Assembly (NCBI GenBank): GCA_003213515.1
Contig: QCMV01000007.1
Span: 9,071 to 73,070, forward strand
Direction of reading: 5' to 3'
Length of the DNA stretch: 64,000 nt
Origin: Pelagibacteraceae bacterium AG-422-N09
GTDB taxonomy: Bacteria > Pseudomonadota > Alphaproteobacteria > Pelagibacterales > AG-422-B15
Part shown: one piece after another, positions 42,127 through 50,965 of the stretch
Layout: each line of letters opens with the position of its first letter
How positions within the stretch are numbered: the first letter of the stretch is position 1
The notes under the pieces: model-generated
The model's database searches: none
Seen by the model: the letters and a program-made list of their open reading frames with translations, nothing else
Told to the model about the DNA's origin: nothing
Translations under genes and position numbers: made by a program

Positions 42127-43289
42127 TAATCATTAAGTCTTTCTTCAACAAGTTTAGACCAAAATGATGAACCAATAACAAGAAGCTTGTCGTTAAAATC
42201 ATAATTTGAAGAATGTAAAGATTGTCCATGCGTTCCTTCTGTTCCATTTCCAATTAAAATATAGCATCCAGGCTTAACCATCAGCATCTGGGCAAAATCC
42301 TCAGAAAATAATTTTGGATCACAATTTCCATCTACTTTATCCTCTCCAAATAGGTCAGCGGCAACCTTACTTGCAAAAGCCGCTTGATCTTTAGAATTAA
42401 TTGTCATGTTTGTTCTTGTGAGGTAGTTAAAATCATAATCGACACCATGTGCTTTCGCCGTTCCATCTACAATATCTTTCATGCTGCGTTCAATAATTTG
42501 ATTGGCTTCTGGTGACAACGCACGTGCATCACCTGAAATGATAGAATGACCGGGTAGTATATTTTCATTGCCATCAGACTCAAATTTTGTGACTGAAACA
42601 ACACCATTCATAGCTGGATTAATTTTTCTCGAAACAATTGATTGAAGAGCTGTTATTATTTGAGTGCCTACTGTAATAGTATCAACACCCATGTGTGGCA
42701 AGGCTGAATGACCTCCATGACCTCTTAATTCAATTTTAAATAAACTTTCGCTTGCAGTGATAGTTCCTGCTCTTGTTGCAAAGGTTCCAAGTTCCATACC
42801 AGGCAAATTATGAAAAGCATATATCTCATCCATTGGGAACTTTTCAAACAGCCCATCATCTATCATTGCTTGAGCTCCCTGAGTTTTTTCTTCATCAGGT
42901 TGAAAAATAAAATAAACAGTTCCATCAAAATTTTTTGTGTTACATAGATACTTAGCAGCACCCAAAGCCATCGCTGTATGGCCATCATGACCGCACGCAT
43001 GCATTTTACCTTCGTGAGTAGACTTATACGCGCAGTTATTTTCTTCTGTTACTGGCAAAGCGTCCATATCTGCGCGAATACCAATACTTTTACTGCTATT
43101 TCCATTTTTGAGAACGGCAACAATTCCGGTCTTACCAATACCTTCATGCACTTCCAGTCCAAAACTCTTTAAAATATCTGCAACTTTCGAGGAAGTTATA
43201 TCTAAGTCAAAATTTAGCTCAGGATGCGCATGAAAATCATGTCGCCACTCAAGCATTTCCTTCTCATAAATTTGTGTAACTGAATTCAT
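42126..43289 (-). CDS. M20D amidohydrolase (aminoacylase / hippurate hydrolase family)
   Basis: WRHDFHAHPEL, HACGHDGH, FQPDEE motifs. Confidence 0.8.
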   Translation of the reverse strand: MNSVTQIYEKEMLEWRHDFHAHPELNFDLDITSSKVADILKSFGLEVHEGIGKTGIVAVLKNGNSSKSIGIRADMDALPVTEENNCAYKSTHEGKMHACGHDGHTAMALGAAKYLCNTKNFDGTVYFIFQPDEEKTQGAQAMIDDGLFEKFPMDEIYAFHNLPGMELGTFATRAGTITASESLFKIELRGHGGHSALPHMGVDTITVGTQIITALQSIVSRKINPAMNGVVSVTKFESDGNENILPGHSIISGDARALSPEANQIIERSMKDIVDGTAKAHGVDYDFNYLTRTNMTINSKDQAAFASKVAADLFGEDKVDGNCDPKLFSEDFAQMLMVKPGCYILIGNGTEGTHGQSLHSSNYDFNDKLLVIGSSFWSKLVEERLND

Positions 43290-43299
43290 ATGAAATAAT

Positions 43300-44442
43300 T
43301 TATAATTTTTTTCTTAGCCAGCTATGAAATCTTTTAATTTCATACTCCTCAGGCATTAATGTCCCGTTTTTTCTTGTTGGATTATGTATGCCTTTTTGAT
43401 TAAGTTCACAAGCTTCTGCATCTTGTTTCATGACTAATACAGCAAAATCAACAACATTTTTCATTGAATATTTTTTATCCTTCAAAGTTTCTTTTCGGAA
43501 TACCCACTCAGCTGTAACTTCTGTAAGTTCCTCTGATAGAGGAAGAATACGAACCATTCTTATATGGTCAGTAAATATTGCTAAAAACATAGAAGGCCAA
43601 GTAGTCATGTAAATATAACCAGGAAAATCGGTTTGATTTTCTAAGTACTCTACTCGATGACCTTGTGCACTTCCATTCATTGACCAAGTTTCAGTACCCT
43701 TTTTCATTCCACCTTTATACTTTGGATCATCATGATGAGTAAAACGTTTCCAGTTTGGATCATCTTTAATATCTACTAACCTTCTTCCATAAATAGGGAC
43801 TAGATCAGATAGTTCAGGATGAAGGTTGGGACAATGTAAACATTCGCTATAATTTTCCCAAAATATTTTCCAATTACACTTAATTTGCTTCTTCCAGGTA
43901 TGGCCTATTTTATAGTCACTGACATTGAGTTGAGAAAAAGCATCGCTGTAATCTGGAAAAACTTTTTTTGCATTCCATTTAGCGTTTTTATTCATGTTAA
44001 TAAAAACCAACCCATTCCAAACTTTAATTTTTACTTTTATTAGACAATTTTCATCTTTTCTAAAATTTTTAGGATCAATAATAGATGTAGTTCTAACTAA
44101 ATTTCCATTGCTGGCGTTATATGACCATTGATGGTATGGGCAAATCAATAAATTTGATTTTAGTTTGCCACTTTTTTCTTTTTTTAAAATTGAACCTCGA
44201 TGACTACATGAATTATAAAAAGCATTTATTTCTCCTTCTTTATCACGAACAATAAGTATATTAAATTTGCTAATTTCAACTGTGTGAAAAGATAAAGGTT
44301 TTGAAATAGTATCCACGTGGCAAACATATAACCATTCTTTAGACAAAACTTTTGAAATCTCTTTATCAAATTGCTTTTGATTGAAATACCAATTTAAAGG
44401 TAGAGATTTTTCAGTTTTTTTTAAAATATATCCTTCTGACAT
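43300..44442 (-). CDS. Rieske [2Fe-2S] non-haem-iron oxygenase, alpha subunit-like
   Basis: Rieske motif CSHRGS...CPYHQW and mononuclear iron region NYSECLHCPNLHPEL. Confidence 0.8.
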   Translation of the reverse strand: MSEGYILKKTEKSLPLNWYFNQKQFDKEISKVLSKEWLYVCHVDTISKPLSFHTVEISKFNILIVRDKEGEINAFYNSCSHRGSILKKEKSGKLKSNLLICPYHQWSYNASNGNLVRTTSIIDPKNFRKDENCLIKVKIKVWNGLVFINMNKNAKWNAKKVFPDYSDAFSQLNVSDYKIGHTWKKQIKCNWKIFWENYSECLHCPNLHPELSDLVPIYGRRLVDIKDDPNWKRFTHHDDPKYKGGMKKGTETWSMNGSAQGHRVEYLENQTDFPGYIYMTTWPSMFLAIFTDHIRMVRILPLSEELTEVTAEWVFRKETLKDKKYSMKNVVDFAVLVMKQDAEACELNQKGIHNPTRKNGTLMPEEYEIKRFHSWLRKKL

Positions 44443-44487
44443 GCTTGTAAAAATTTTATACCCTTATATTGTCTATGACTAGATATT

Positions 44488-46416
44488 ATGAGAAAAATTC
44501 ATTGGATTATTCTACTCACTACATTAGGTTTTTTGATTTTAATTGGTTCTCTTTATCTATACAACTTATACAATGTACCTGTCTTATCAAAGGAAGATAT
44601 TCAAAAACTATCCGAAGAGGCAAAAGAGCAAAGAGAGAATATTACTAAGCAAACCGTTTTTGAACCATTTGAGTTTAAAAAGTCAAGCAAAAATAAAAAT
44701 GTATACTTTGGTGATCTTCATGTTCACTCCAGTTTATCATTCGACTCATATATTTTTGGAAATCGTTATGGCCTAGAAGAGACTTATAATTTTGCAAAAG
44801 GTAAACCAATGCAGAATATGTTTGGTGAAACAATGCAAATTTCAAGACCACTTGACTTTGCAGCTGTTACTGATCACGCAGAAACATTTGGCCTTCAAGA
44901 AAGTTGTGCTGACCCAGAAATTACTGATGAGTCACGACTTACATGTGAAAGACTGGAGTCCCCTAGCTATCGTTTTTTTTATGGTCTGCGTGAAACTTCC
45001 GTTGCGCGACCACCGGTCAGTATCATGTCCGAAGCAATAGGAGATGAGGAAAAAGAAGAGCGGTTTGTAAGATCAACATGGGATAAAATTATAAAAGCCG
45101 CAGATCTTCATTATGAACCTGGAAAATTTACAACTTTCGTTGCATACGAATATTCACCTACGTTACCTGATGGTGGATACAATCACAGGAACGTGATATT
45201 TAAAAATAATACAGTTCCAGAAAAAGCTTATTCGCTGTTTGATGCACATACAGCCATTGATTTGTGGAAAAAATTAATAGAAAACTGCAATCATCCATGT
45301 GAATTTATGACTATACCGCACAACGGTAATAGATCATGGGGATATGCTTTTGCAAATCACACCATAGACAATGATAAATATACAATTGATGATTGGAAGC
45401 TCAGAAATGATAACGAACCGTTAGTTGAAATTTTTCAAGATAAAGGAAGCTCTGAGTGCAGTACTTTTTTTGGAAGTACAGATGAAGAATGTGATATTGA
45501 GCAGTTTTATCCAAAGTGTAAAAAGGAAAATGATACTCTTTGTATTCAGGAAACTTCTATGGCGCGCGATGGTCTAAAAATTGGACTGACCCTCGAAGAT
45601 GAAATAGGCTTTAATCCACTTGATTTTGGTATGATTGGTAGTTCTGATTCACATAATTCAAATCCTGGGGATACTGAGGAATGGGATTACAGAGGTCGCA
45701 CTAGTTTTGTTGGACCATCTAAAGTGAGAGTGAAGGATGGTTTACTTTTAACTCAACTAGTAAATAATCCAGGCGGACTAGCCGCAATTTGGGCTGAGGA
45801 AAATAATAGAGATACATTGTTTGAGGCAATGCAAAAAAAAGAAGTGTATGCGACCAGTGGTACGCGAATAAAATTAAGATTTTTTCTAAATTTCAATGGT
45901 ACCGAAGAATTACTAAACTCATTAGACCCAATAGCTGAATCTTATAAAAATGGGCATCCAATGGGAAGTACGGTAATGAATGGTTCGATGCAGCAACCTA
46001 AATTTTATATCACTGCTGAGAGAGATACGTTGAGTGCACCTTTAGACAAAATTCAAATTATCAAAGGGTGGTCTGAGAATGGAAAAATAAATGAAGTTGT
46101 TTACGATGTGATTTGTAGCGATGATAGAGAAATAAATAATAGAAACAACAAATGTAGGGAAACTAAAGCAAGTGTAAATTTTGAAAATTGTTCTTTCGAT
46201 GAAAACTATGGATCTGATCGATTAGAAGTAATTTGGACTGATACTGAGTATACACCTGATCAAAATACATTTTATTATGCAAGAGCTATCGAAAATCCTA
46301 CTTGTCGTTGGTCAACTTATGATAGTATTAGAATTGATGAAAAACCTGCTAAAAATTATCCAAAAATTACGCGTGAGATGGCATGGTCTTCACCTATTTG
46401 GATAAAAAATAAATAA
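44488..46416 (+). CDS. DUF3604-like membrane-anchored, probably periplasmic metal-dependent (PHP-like) protein
   Basis: N-terminal TM helix, GDLHVHSSLSFDSY and AAVTDHAE motifs, many Cys. The family is recalled from motifs. Confidence 0.6.
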   Translation: MRKIHWIILLTTLGFLILIGSLYLYNLYNVPVLSKEDIQKLSEEAKEQRENITKQTVFEPFEFKKSSKNKNVYFGDLHVHSSLSFDSYIFGNRYGLEETYNFAKGKPMQNMFGETMQISRPLDFAAVTDHAETFGLQESCADPEITDESRLTCERLESPSYRFFYGLRETSVARPPVSIMSEAIGDEEKEERFVRSTWDKIIKAADLHYEPGKFTTFVAYEYSPTLPDGGYNHRNVIFKNNTVPEKAYSLFDAHTAIDLWKKLIENCNHPCEFMTIPHNGNRSWGYAFANHTIDNDKYTIDDWKLRNDNEPLVEIFQDKGSSECSTFFGSTDEECDIEQFYPKCKKENDTLCIQETSMARDGLKIGLTLEDEIGFNPLDFGMIGSSDSHNSNPGDTEEWDYRGRTSFVGPSKVRVKDGLLLTQLVNNPGGLAAIWAEENNRDTLFEAMQKKEVYATSGTRIKLRFFLNFNGTEELLNSLDPIAESYKNGHPMGSTVMNGSMQQPKFYITAERDTLSAPLDKIQIIKGWSENGKINEVVYDVICSDDREINNRNNKCRETKASVNFENCSFDENYGSDRLEVIWTDTEYTPDQNTFYYARAIENPTCRWSTYDSIRIDEKPAKNYPKITREMAWSSPIWIKNK

Positions 46417-46420
46417 GTGA

Positions 46421-47044
46421 ATGTTACCAAAAGATCTCATCAATAAATACAGAGACTGGAAAGAAAGCTCTTTCGCGAAAGAAAAAGATCACTTTGAAAG
46501 ACTTGCAAAAGAAGGTCAGTCACCTAAATACATGATCATATCGTGCGTAGACTCAAGGGTTGATCCGAATGCTATATTCAAATCAAAAGCTGGTGAAATG
46601 CTAGTTCATAGAAATATTGCTAATATAGTACCACCCTATAGTCAATTAACGGAACATAGCGGAACAATTGCAGCTATCGAATTTGGTGTAACGGCATTAA
46701 ATATTAAAAATATTATTATCATTGGGCACTCAGGATGTGGAGGTATAAAGAATGGGTATCATATGTGTCATGAAAATAATTTTGATGATAACTCATCAAT
46801 TTCTAATTGGCTTAAGTTACTAAAACCAGTGTACGATAACATTTCAGGCGAAGGAAAAGATGAGAAAGTTAAGTACATGGAGAAAGAAAGCATTATCGTA
46901 TCATTAGAGAATTTAAGTAAATATCCCTTTATAAATACTGAAGTAAAGTCAGATGAAATTATGCTTTATGGGGTTTGGAATGATATTGGATCTGGATCTA
47001 TAGAGACGTATGACTTTGAGAAAAAAAAGTTTGATTTAATTTAG
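46421..47044 (+). CDS. Beta-class carbonic anhydrase
   Basis: Zinc ligand motifs CVDSRV and GHSGCGG. Confidence 0.85.
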   Translation: MLPKDLINKYRDWKESSFAKEKDHFERLAKEGQSPKYMIISCVDSRVDPNAIFKSKAGEMLVHRNIANIVPPYSQLTEHSGTIAAIEFGVTALNIKNIIIIGHSGCGGIKNGYHMCHENNFDDNSSISNWLKLLKPVYDNISGEGKDEKVKYMEKESIIVSLENLSKYPFINTEVKSDEIMLYGVWNDIGSGSIETYDFEKKKFDLI

Positions 47045-47045
47045 T

Positions 47046-47693
47046 CTAATTTAATTTAAGAACTTCTGAAGAATATACAGAATTTAAATACTCCGGATGA
47101 TCAAGTTTCATTAATATTGAAGGACCATTTAGAGCAGAATCAGGTGTGCGATGAAGTATACCATTGCTACCACCGGTAAATATTGCAATGTTCCATTTAT
47201 CAATGAAATGTAATTTACTTTTATCTCTAACGATCTTTTCATTTGGTTCACCTGCCTCATAGGCTAGACGGTCAGCATCCTGATTTTGTATCCATTCTGT
47301 ACCTTGTCCAGCATAAGTGACCAAAAGACGTCTTGGTACGTTATCAACATGATAACGTCTGCACTCTCGTTTTGTCCCAAGCCAAAAGCAAAGTGTATCA
47401 GTTTTTTCAATCAGTAAGAATGTTCTGCAAACGGTTTCCATATCTGCAAGCCAATAATTATAAAACTCAGTTGAACTTAACTGGTTAGGAATTATTTCCT
47501 GGACCAAATTTTTTAAATCTTCTTTCAAATTAATTGAACTAAGAGTGCCCTCAATTCCAAAGTCATTTTTCATTAATTTTTGAAAGAAAGAACCTGCACC
47601 CTCAGGTTGTTCACGCTCCAGTATACCTAATTTATAGTCAGTATCCTTGAATTCTTTTAAAGATTCTAGATTGTCAGCTTTAAATAAGCTCAT
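47046..47693 (-). CDS. DUF1826-like protein, probably co-transcribed with znuA
   Basis: CRRYHVDNVPRRLLVTYAGQGTEW matches my recollection of the DUF1826 core. It starts 18 nt after the znuA stop on the same strand. Confidence 0.5.
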   Translation of the reverse strand: MSLFKADNLESLKEFKDTDYKLGILEREQPEGAGSFFQKLMKNDFGIEGTLSSINLKEDLKNLVQEIIPNQLSSTEFYNYWLADMETVCRTFLLIEKTDTLCFWLGTKRECRRYHVDNVPRRLLVTYAGQGTEWIQNQDADRLAYEAGEPNEKIVRDKSKLHFIDKWNIAIFTGGSNGILHRTPDSALNGPSILMKLDHPEYLNSVYSSEVLKLN

Positions 47694-47711
47694 GAAAAAT
47701 ATTTTGTAGAG

Positions 47712-48848
47712 TTAGCAATTTTCAAATGAAGATGCCATGTCACCTATTAGATCAAAATAAAGATCTTTTCCTGGCTCCAATTCAGCTCCTAATGGATCTA
47801 AAACGGCAGACTTTATACCAGTATCACTTGCAATTGTTTCTGCAATACTTGGGTTAAATTGAGGCTCTGAAAATAAACAATTAACACTCTCATGCTCAAT
47901 TACTTCTCTTATTTCTGCAAGTTGCTTCGCACCAGGCAACACCTCAGGATTTACAGTAAGAGCACCAATTACTTCAATACCAAATCTCTGCTCAAAATAT
48001 TGATAGGCATCATGAAACACAATGTATGTTGCATCACTATTTATTTTTGATCTTGTATTGTCTATTAACTGGTCAAGGTCATTAATAGCATTCGCAGCAT
48101 TGGATGAATAAATTGATTTATTGGCAGGATCAATTTCAGATAATTCTTCTGAAGCAATACTTACAATTGTTTTTGCTATTTCTGGATCTAGCCAAAAATG
48201 TATATCGTGCTCACCGTGATGGTGACCGTGATCATCATGTCCTTCGTGTTCATCATGATCGTCATGTCCGTCAGCGTGTTCTTCATGATCGTCGTGACCC
48301 TCGTGTTCGTCATGTTCGTCGTGTTCGTCATGTTCATCATGTTCGTCGTGTTCGTCGTGTTCGTCGTGTTCGTCATGTTCATCATGTTCGTCGTGTTCGT
48401 CGTGTTCGTCATGTTCATCATGTTCGTCGTGTCCATCAGCATGATCTTCGTGTTCATCATGATCATCGTGGTGATCTTCAAATACGTTTTTTTCTCTAAA
48501 TTTTAGTAAATCTATCTGATCTGACTCCATTAAGGTTACTTTTCTGGCATCATTAGCAATTGAGTCTAGAGGGTCTTCTAGAAAAGACTCTAAATCTTCC
48601 CCAATCCAAAAAACTACATCAGCTTCTTGTAACATTGTTGCATGAGAAGGCTTTAATTGGAATGTATGAGGTGAGGCATTACCATCGACTAATAAACTAG
48701 GCTTGCCCACTCCGTCCATCACATAGCTAACTAACGAATGAACTGGTTTGATTGAAACAACAACTTTTGTTTCTGCATTAGCAAAAGATGAATATGACAG
48801 AATTGAAATAATTGATAATAAAAGTCCAAATTTGAGTTGTAATTTCAT
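47712..48848 (-). CDS. znuA: Zinc ABC transporter periplasmic binding protein with a greatly expanded His/Asp/Glu loop
   Basis: Start taken at ATG 48848 (MKLQLKFGLLLSIISILSYSSFANA signal peptide). Cluster-9 SBP fold motifs (SIKPVHS, HTFQLKP, HFWLDP, FHDAYQYF). About 90-aa H/D/E tract. Confidence 0.85.
   Translation of the reverse strand: MKLQLKFGLLLSIISILSYSSFANAETKVVVSIKPVHSLVSYVMDGVGKPSLLVDGNASPHTFQLKPSHATMLQEADVVFWIGEDLESFLEDPLDSIANDARKVTLMESDQIDLLKFREKNVFEDHHDDHDEHEDHADGHDEHDEHDEHDEHDEHDEHDEHDEHDEHDEHDEHDEHDEHDEHEGHDDHEEHADGHDDHDEHEGHDDHGHHHGEHDIHFWLDPEIAKTIVSIASEELSEIDPANKSIYSSNAANAINDLDQLIDNTRSKINSDATYIVFHDAYQYFEQRFGIEVIGALTVNPEVLPGAKQLAEIREVIEHESVNCLFSEPQFNPSIAETIASDTGIKSAVLDPLGAELEPGKDLYFDLIGDMASSFENC
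48315..48431. repeat. Coding 9-bp microsatellite: 13 uninterrupted His-Asp-Glu triplets within znuA
   Basis: (HDE)13 read from the translation, embedded in a wider H/D/E-rich tract at about 48210-48479. It generates three spurious ORFs in other frames. Confidence 0.9.
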
Positions 48849-48881
48849 AGATTTATTGCTTTCATGGTTAAATAAATATAG

Positions 48882-48896
48882 TGTTATAATATAACA
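48882..48896. promoter_or_regulatory. Zur box 1 (TGTTATAATATAACA) in the divergent znuA / znuC intergenic region
   Basis: Perfect 7-1-7 palindrome identical to the core of the enterobacterial Zur consensus TGTTATA-N-TATAACA. It contains a TATAAT hexamer and lies in a 71-bp divergent spacer. Confidence 0.75.
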
Positions 48897-48919
48897 AAAA
48901 AATTTATCAAGCATTATTT

Positions 48920-49669
48920 ATGAACGATAGTGAAACTCTAATTAGATTGACTAATGCAGGAATTTTTAAAAATAAAAAATGGCTTGTTCGAGATGTTGAT
49001 TTAGAAATAAAACGAGGGCAAATTGTAACGTTAATTGGTCCCAATGGTTCTGGTAAAACGACAACCGCTAAAATAGCTCTAGGTTTATATAAGACTATTA
49101 GTGGTAGAGTTGAGAGAAATACAACAAAAATATCCTATGTACCCCAAAAAGTGTCGATTGATTGGACATTGCCTTTAAGGGTTGCTGACTTCATGGTTTT
49201 AACTCAAAACTTAAAAGTAGATGATATTGATAGTGCTCTCAATTTAACTGGTGTGCAGCATTTAAAAGATAGCAATCTTAGAGATTTGTCTGGAGGTGAG
49301 TTTCAAAGAGTTTTGTTAGCGCGCGCAATAGCAAAAAAACCTGAGCTCTTAGTTCTTGATGAGCCAGTACAGGGTGTAGATTTTACTGGAGAAGTTGCCT
49401 TGTACTCCCTAATAAAAACTATCTCTGAAAATCTAAACTGTGGGATACTCCTTATCTCTCATGATTTGCATGTGGTAATGTCTGCAACTGACTACGTTGT
49501 TTGTTTGAATGGTCATGTATGTTGCTGTGGAACGCCAAGAGATGTTGCAGAAAGTAATCCTTATAAACAATTATTTGGAGAGAAATCTGCAAAACTGTTA
49601 TCGATATATGAACACAACCATGATCATATTCATTCATCAGATGGTAATATCATTAAGGAAGTTGAGTAG
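48920..49669 (+). CDS. znuC: Zinc ABC transporter ATP-binding protein
   Basis: GPNGSGKTT, LSGGEFQR, LVLDEP motifs, plus a His-rich C-terminal tail (YEHNHDHIH). Confidence 0.85.
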   Translation: MNDSETLIRLTNAGIFKNKKWLVRDVDLEIKRGQIVTLIGPNGSGKTTTAKIALGLYKTISGRVERNTTKISYVPQKVSIDWTLPLRVADFMVLTQNLKVDDIDSALNLTGVQHLKDSNLRDLSGGEFQRVLLARAIAKKPELLVLDEPVQGVDFTGEVALYSLIKTISENLNCGILLISHDLHVVMSATDYVVCLNGHVCCCGTPRDVAESNPYKQLFGEKSAKLLSIYEHNHDHIHSSDGNIIKEVE

Positions 49670-49671
49670 CT

Positions 49672-50469
49672 ATGTTGGATGATTTTATCGTAAGAGCTAT
49701 AATAGCAGGTATTGGGATTGCCCTTGTTACTGGACCGTTAGGTTGTTTTGTGGTTTGGAGGAGATTATCTTTTTTTGGTGACACGTTAGCTCATTCAGCA
49801 TTACTAGGTGTTTTAATTTCAATAACATTAGATATAAATGTTTCCTTAACTATCTTTGTTGTTGCATCTCTGGTTGCAATACTTTTATTAAGGCTTGAAA
49901 GAACAACCAATCTAGCAGGGGACTCACTCCTAGGCCTGATATCACACTCATCACTAGCGATTGGGTTGGTAATACTTGGTTTTTTATCCTTTATAAGATT
50001 TGATGTTATGGGTGTTTTGTTTGGAGATATTCTCTCAGTTAATTCGAATGACTTGCTAGTAATATGGATTGGAGGGGCTTTGATACTTGTTGTTTTAAGC
50101 TATATTTGGAAACCTCTTTTTGCATCAACAGTAAATTATGAGTTAGCTGAAGCTGAAGGTATGAAGCCAGAAAGAGTAAATGCCATATTCACAATTTTAC
50201 TTGCAGCCCTGATTGCAATATCTATTAAGATGATCGGTGTACTTCTTATAACTGGTTTACTAATTATACCAACTGCAATGGCTCGTAATCTATCTGATAA
50301 TCCAAGACAAATGGTAATACTATCTATTATTGGCGGTCTATTATCGGTTTTGATCGGACTGTATGCTTCTTTTGAAATAAACACTTCATCAGGACCATCA
50401 ATTGTTGTAGTTGCTTTAATTTTATTTATCCTATCATTAATGAGAATCAGAAAAAAAAATTATGAATGA
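49672..50469 (+). CDS. znuB: Zinc ABC transporter permease
   Basis: ABC-3 family polytopic permease (FFGDTLAHSALLG). Confidence 0.85.
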   Translation: MLDDFIVRAIIAGIGIALVTGPLGCFVVWRRLSFFGDTLAHSALLGVLISITLDINVSLTIFVVASLVAILLLRLERTTNLAGDSLLGLISHSSLAIGLVILGFLSFIRFDVMGVLFGDILSVNSNDLLVIWIGGALILVVLSYIWKPLFASTVNYELAEAEGMKPERVNAIFTILLAALIAISIKMIGVLLITGLLIIPTAMARNLSDNPRQMVILSIIGGLLSVLIGLYASFEINTSSGPSIVVVALILFILSLMRIRKKNYE

Positions 50470-50881
50470 AAATAGTAAAAAGTTAACAAAAAACCAAAGA
50501 ATTGTACTCGAGTTCGTACAAAAATCTAATAGACCCGTTAAAGCTTACTCTATTCTAAACAATGTCAATAAACGAGGAATCAAAGCCCCTCCTCAAGTCT
50601 ATAGAGCCCTAGAAAAGTTAATAAAAATTGGGGAAATACATAAAATTGAAAGTCAAAATGCATTTGTTGCTTGCAATTCAAAATGTGTGGAACCGCATGG
50701 AACAATTTTTTCAATTTGTAAAAGCTGTGATCAAATAGATGAGATAAGTGATAAAAAACTCTATAAATATTTGTCTGAAGTAAGAGATATGAATGGTCTT
50801 AAATTAAGTAGATATAATTTAGAGTTATTCGGCACTTGTAAGACATGTAATCAAAAACATCTTCAAAATATGAATCAATAG
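50462..50881 (+). CDS. zur: Fur-family zinc uptake regulator
   Basis: Winged-helix N-domain, CKSC and CKTC structural zinc motifs. Overlaps the znuB stop. Confidence 0.8.
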   Translation: MNENSKKLTKNQRIVLEFVQKSNRPVKAYSILNNVNKRGIKAPPQVYRALEKLIKIGEIHKIESQNAFVACNSKCVEPHGTIFSICKSCDQIDEISDKKLYKYLSEVRDMNGLKLSRYNLELFGTCKTCNQKHLQNMNQ

Positions 50882-50890
50882 ATTATACAA

Positions 50891-50905
50891 TGTTATAAAA
50901 TAACA
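50891..50905. promoter_or_regulatory. Zur box 2 (TGTTATAAAATAACA) upstream of the zrgA-like gene
   Basis: TGTTAT-N3-ATAACA palindrome about 60 nt upstream of ATG 50966, just after the zur stop. Confidence 0.65.
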
Positions 50906-50965
50906 TTTTTCTAGACACACAAAATTTTTTTCAATAAAATTTTTTAAATTAAAAAGGGAGCATGG

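Noticed and set aside
48210-48479. Possible CRISPR-like or non-coding repeat array
   Set aside because: The units are 9 bp, contiguous without spacers and entirely inside a well-supported coding frame. There are no cas genes in the window. The same reasoning applies to the 21-bp repeats at 22474-22536.
48104-48506. Three long ORFs (131, 97 and 102 aa) in other frames and on the other strand across the znuA His/Asp/Glu repeat
   Set aside because: They translate into monotonous RVRHV/TNMMN/VFVMF repeats and exist only because the 9-bp coding microsatellite has no stops in several frames. The znuA frame has a signal peptide and SBP motifs on both sides.
48849-48914. N-terminal extension of the znuA ORF (track start 48914)
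   Set aside because: The extension would read through the Zur box and the promoter spacer. The internal ATG 48848 is followed by a textbook signal peptide.
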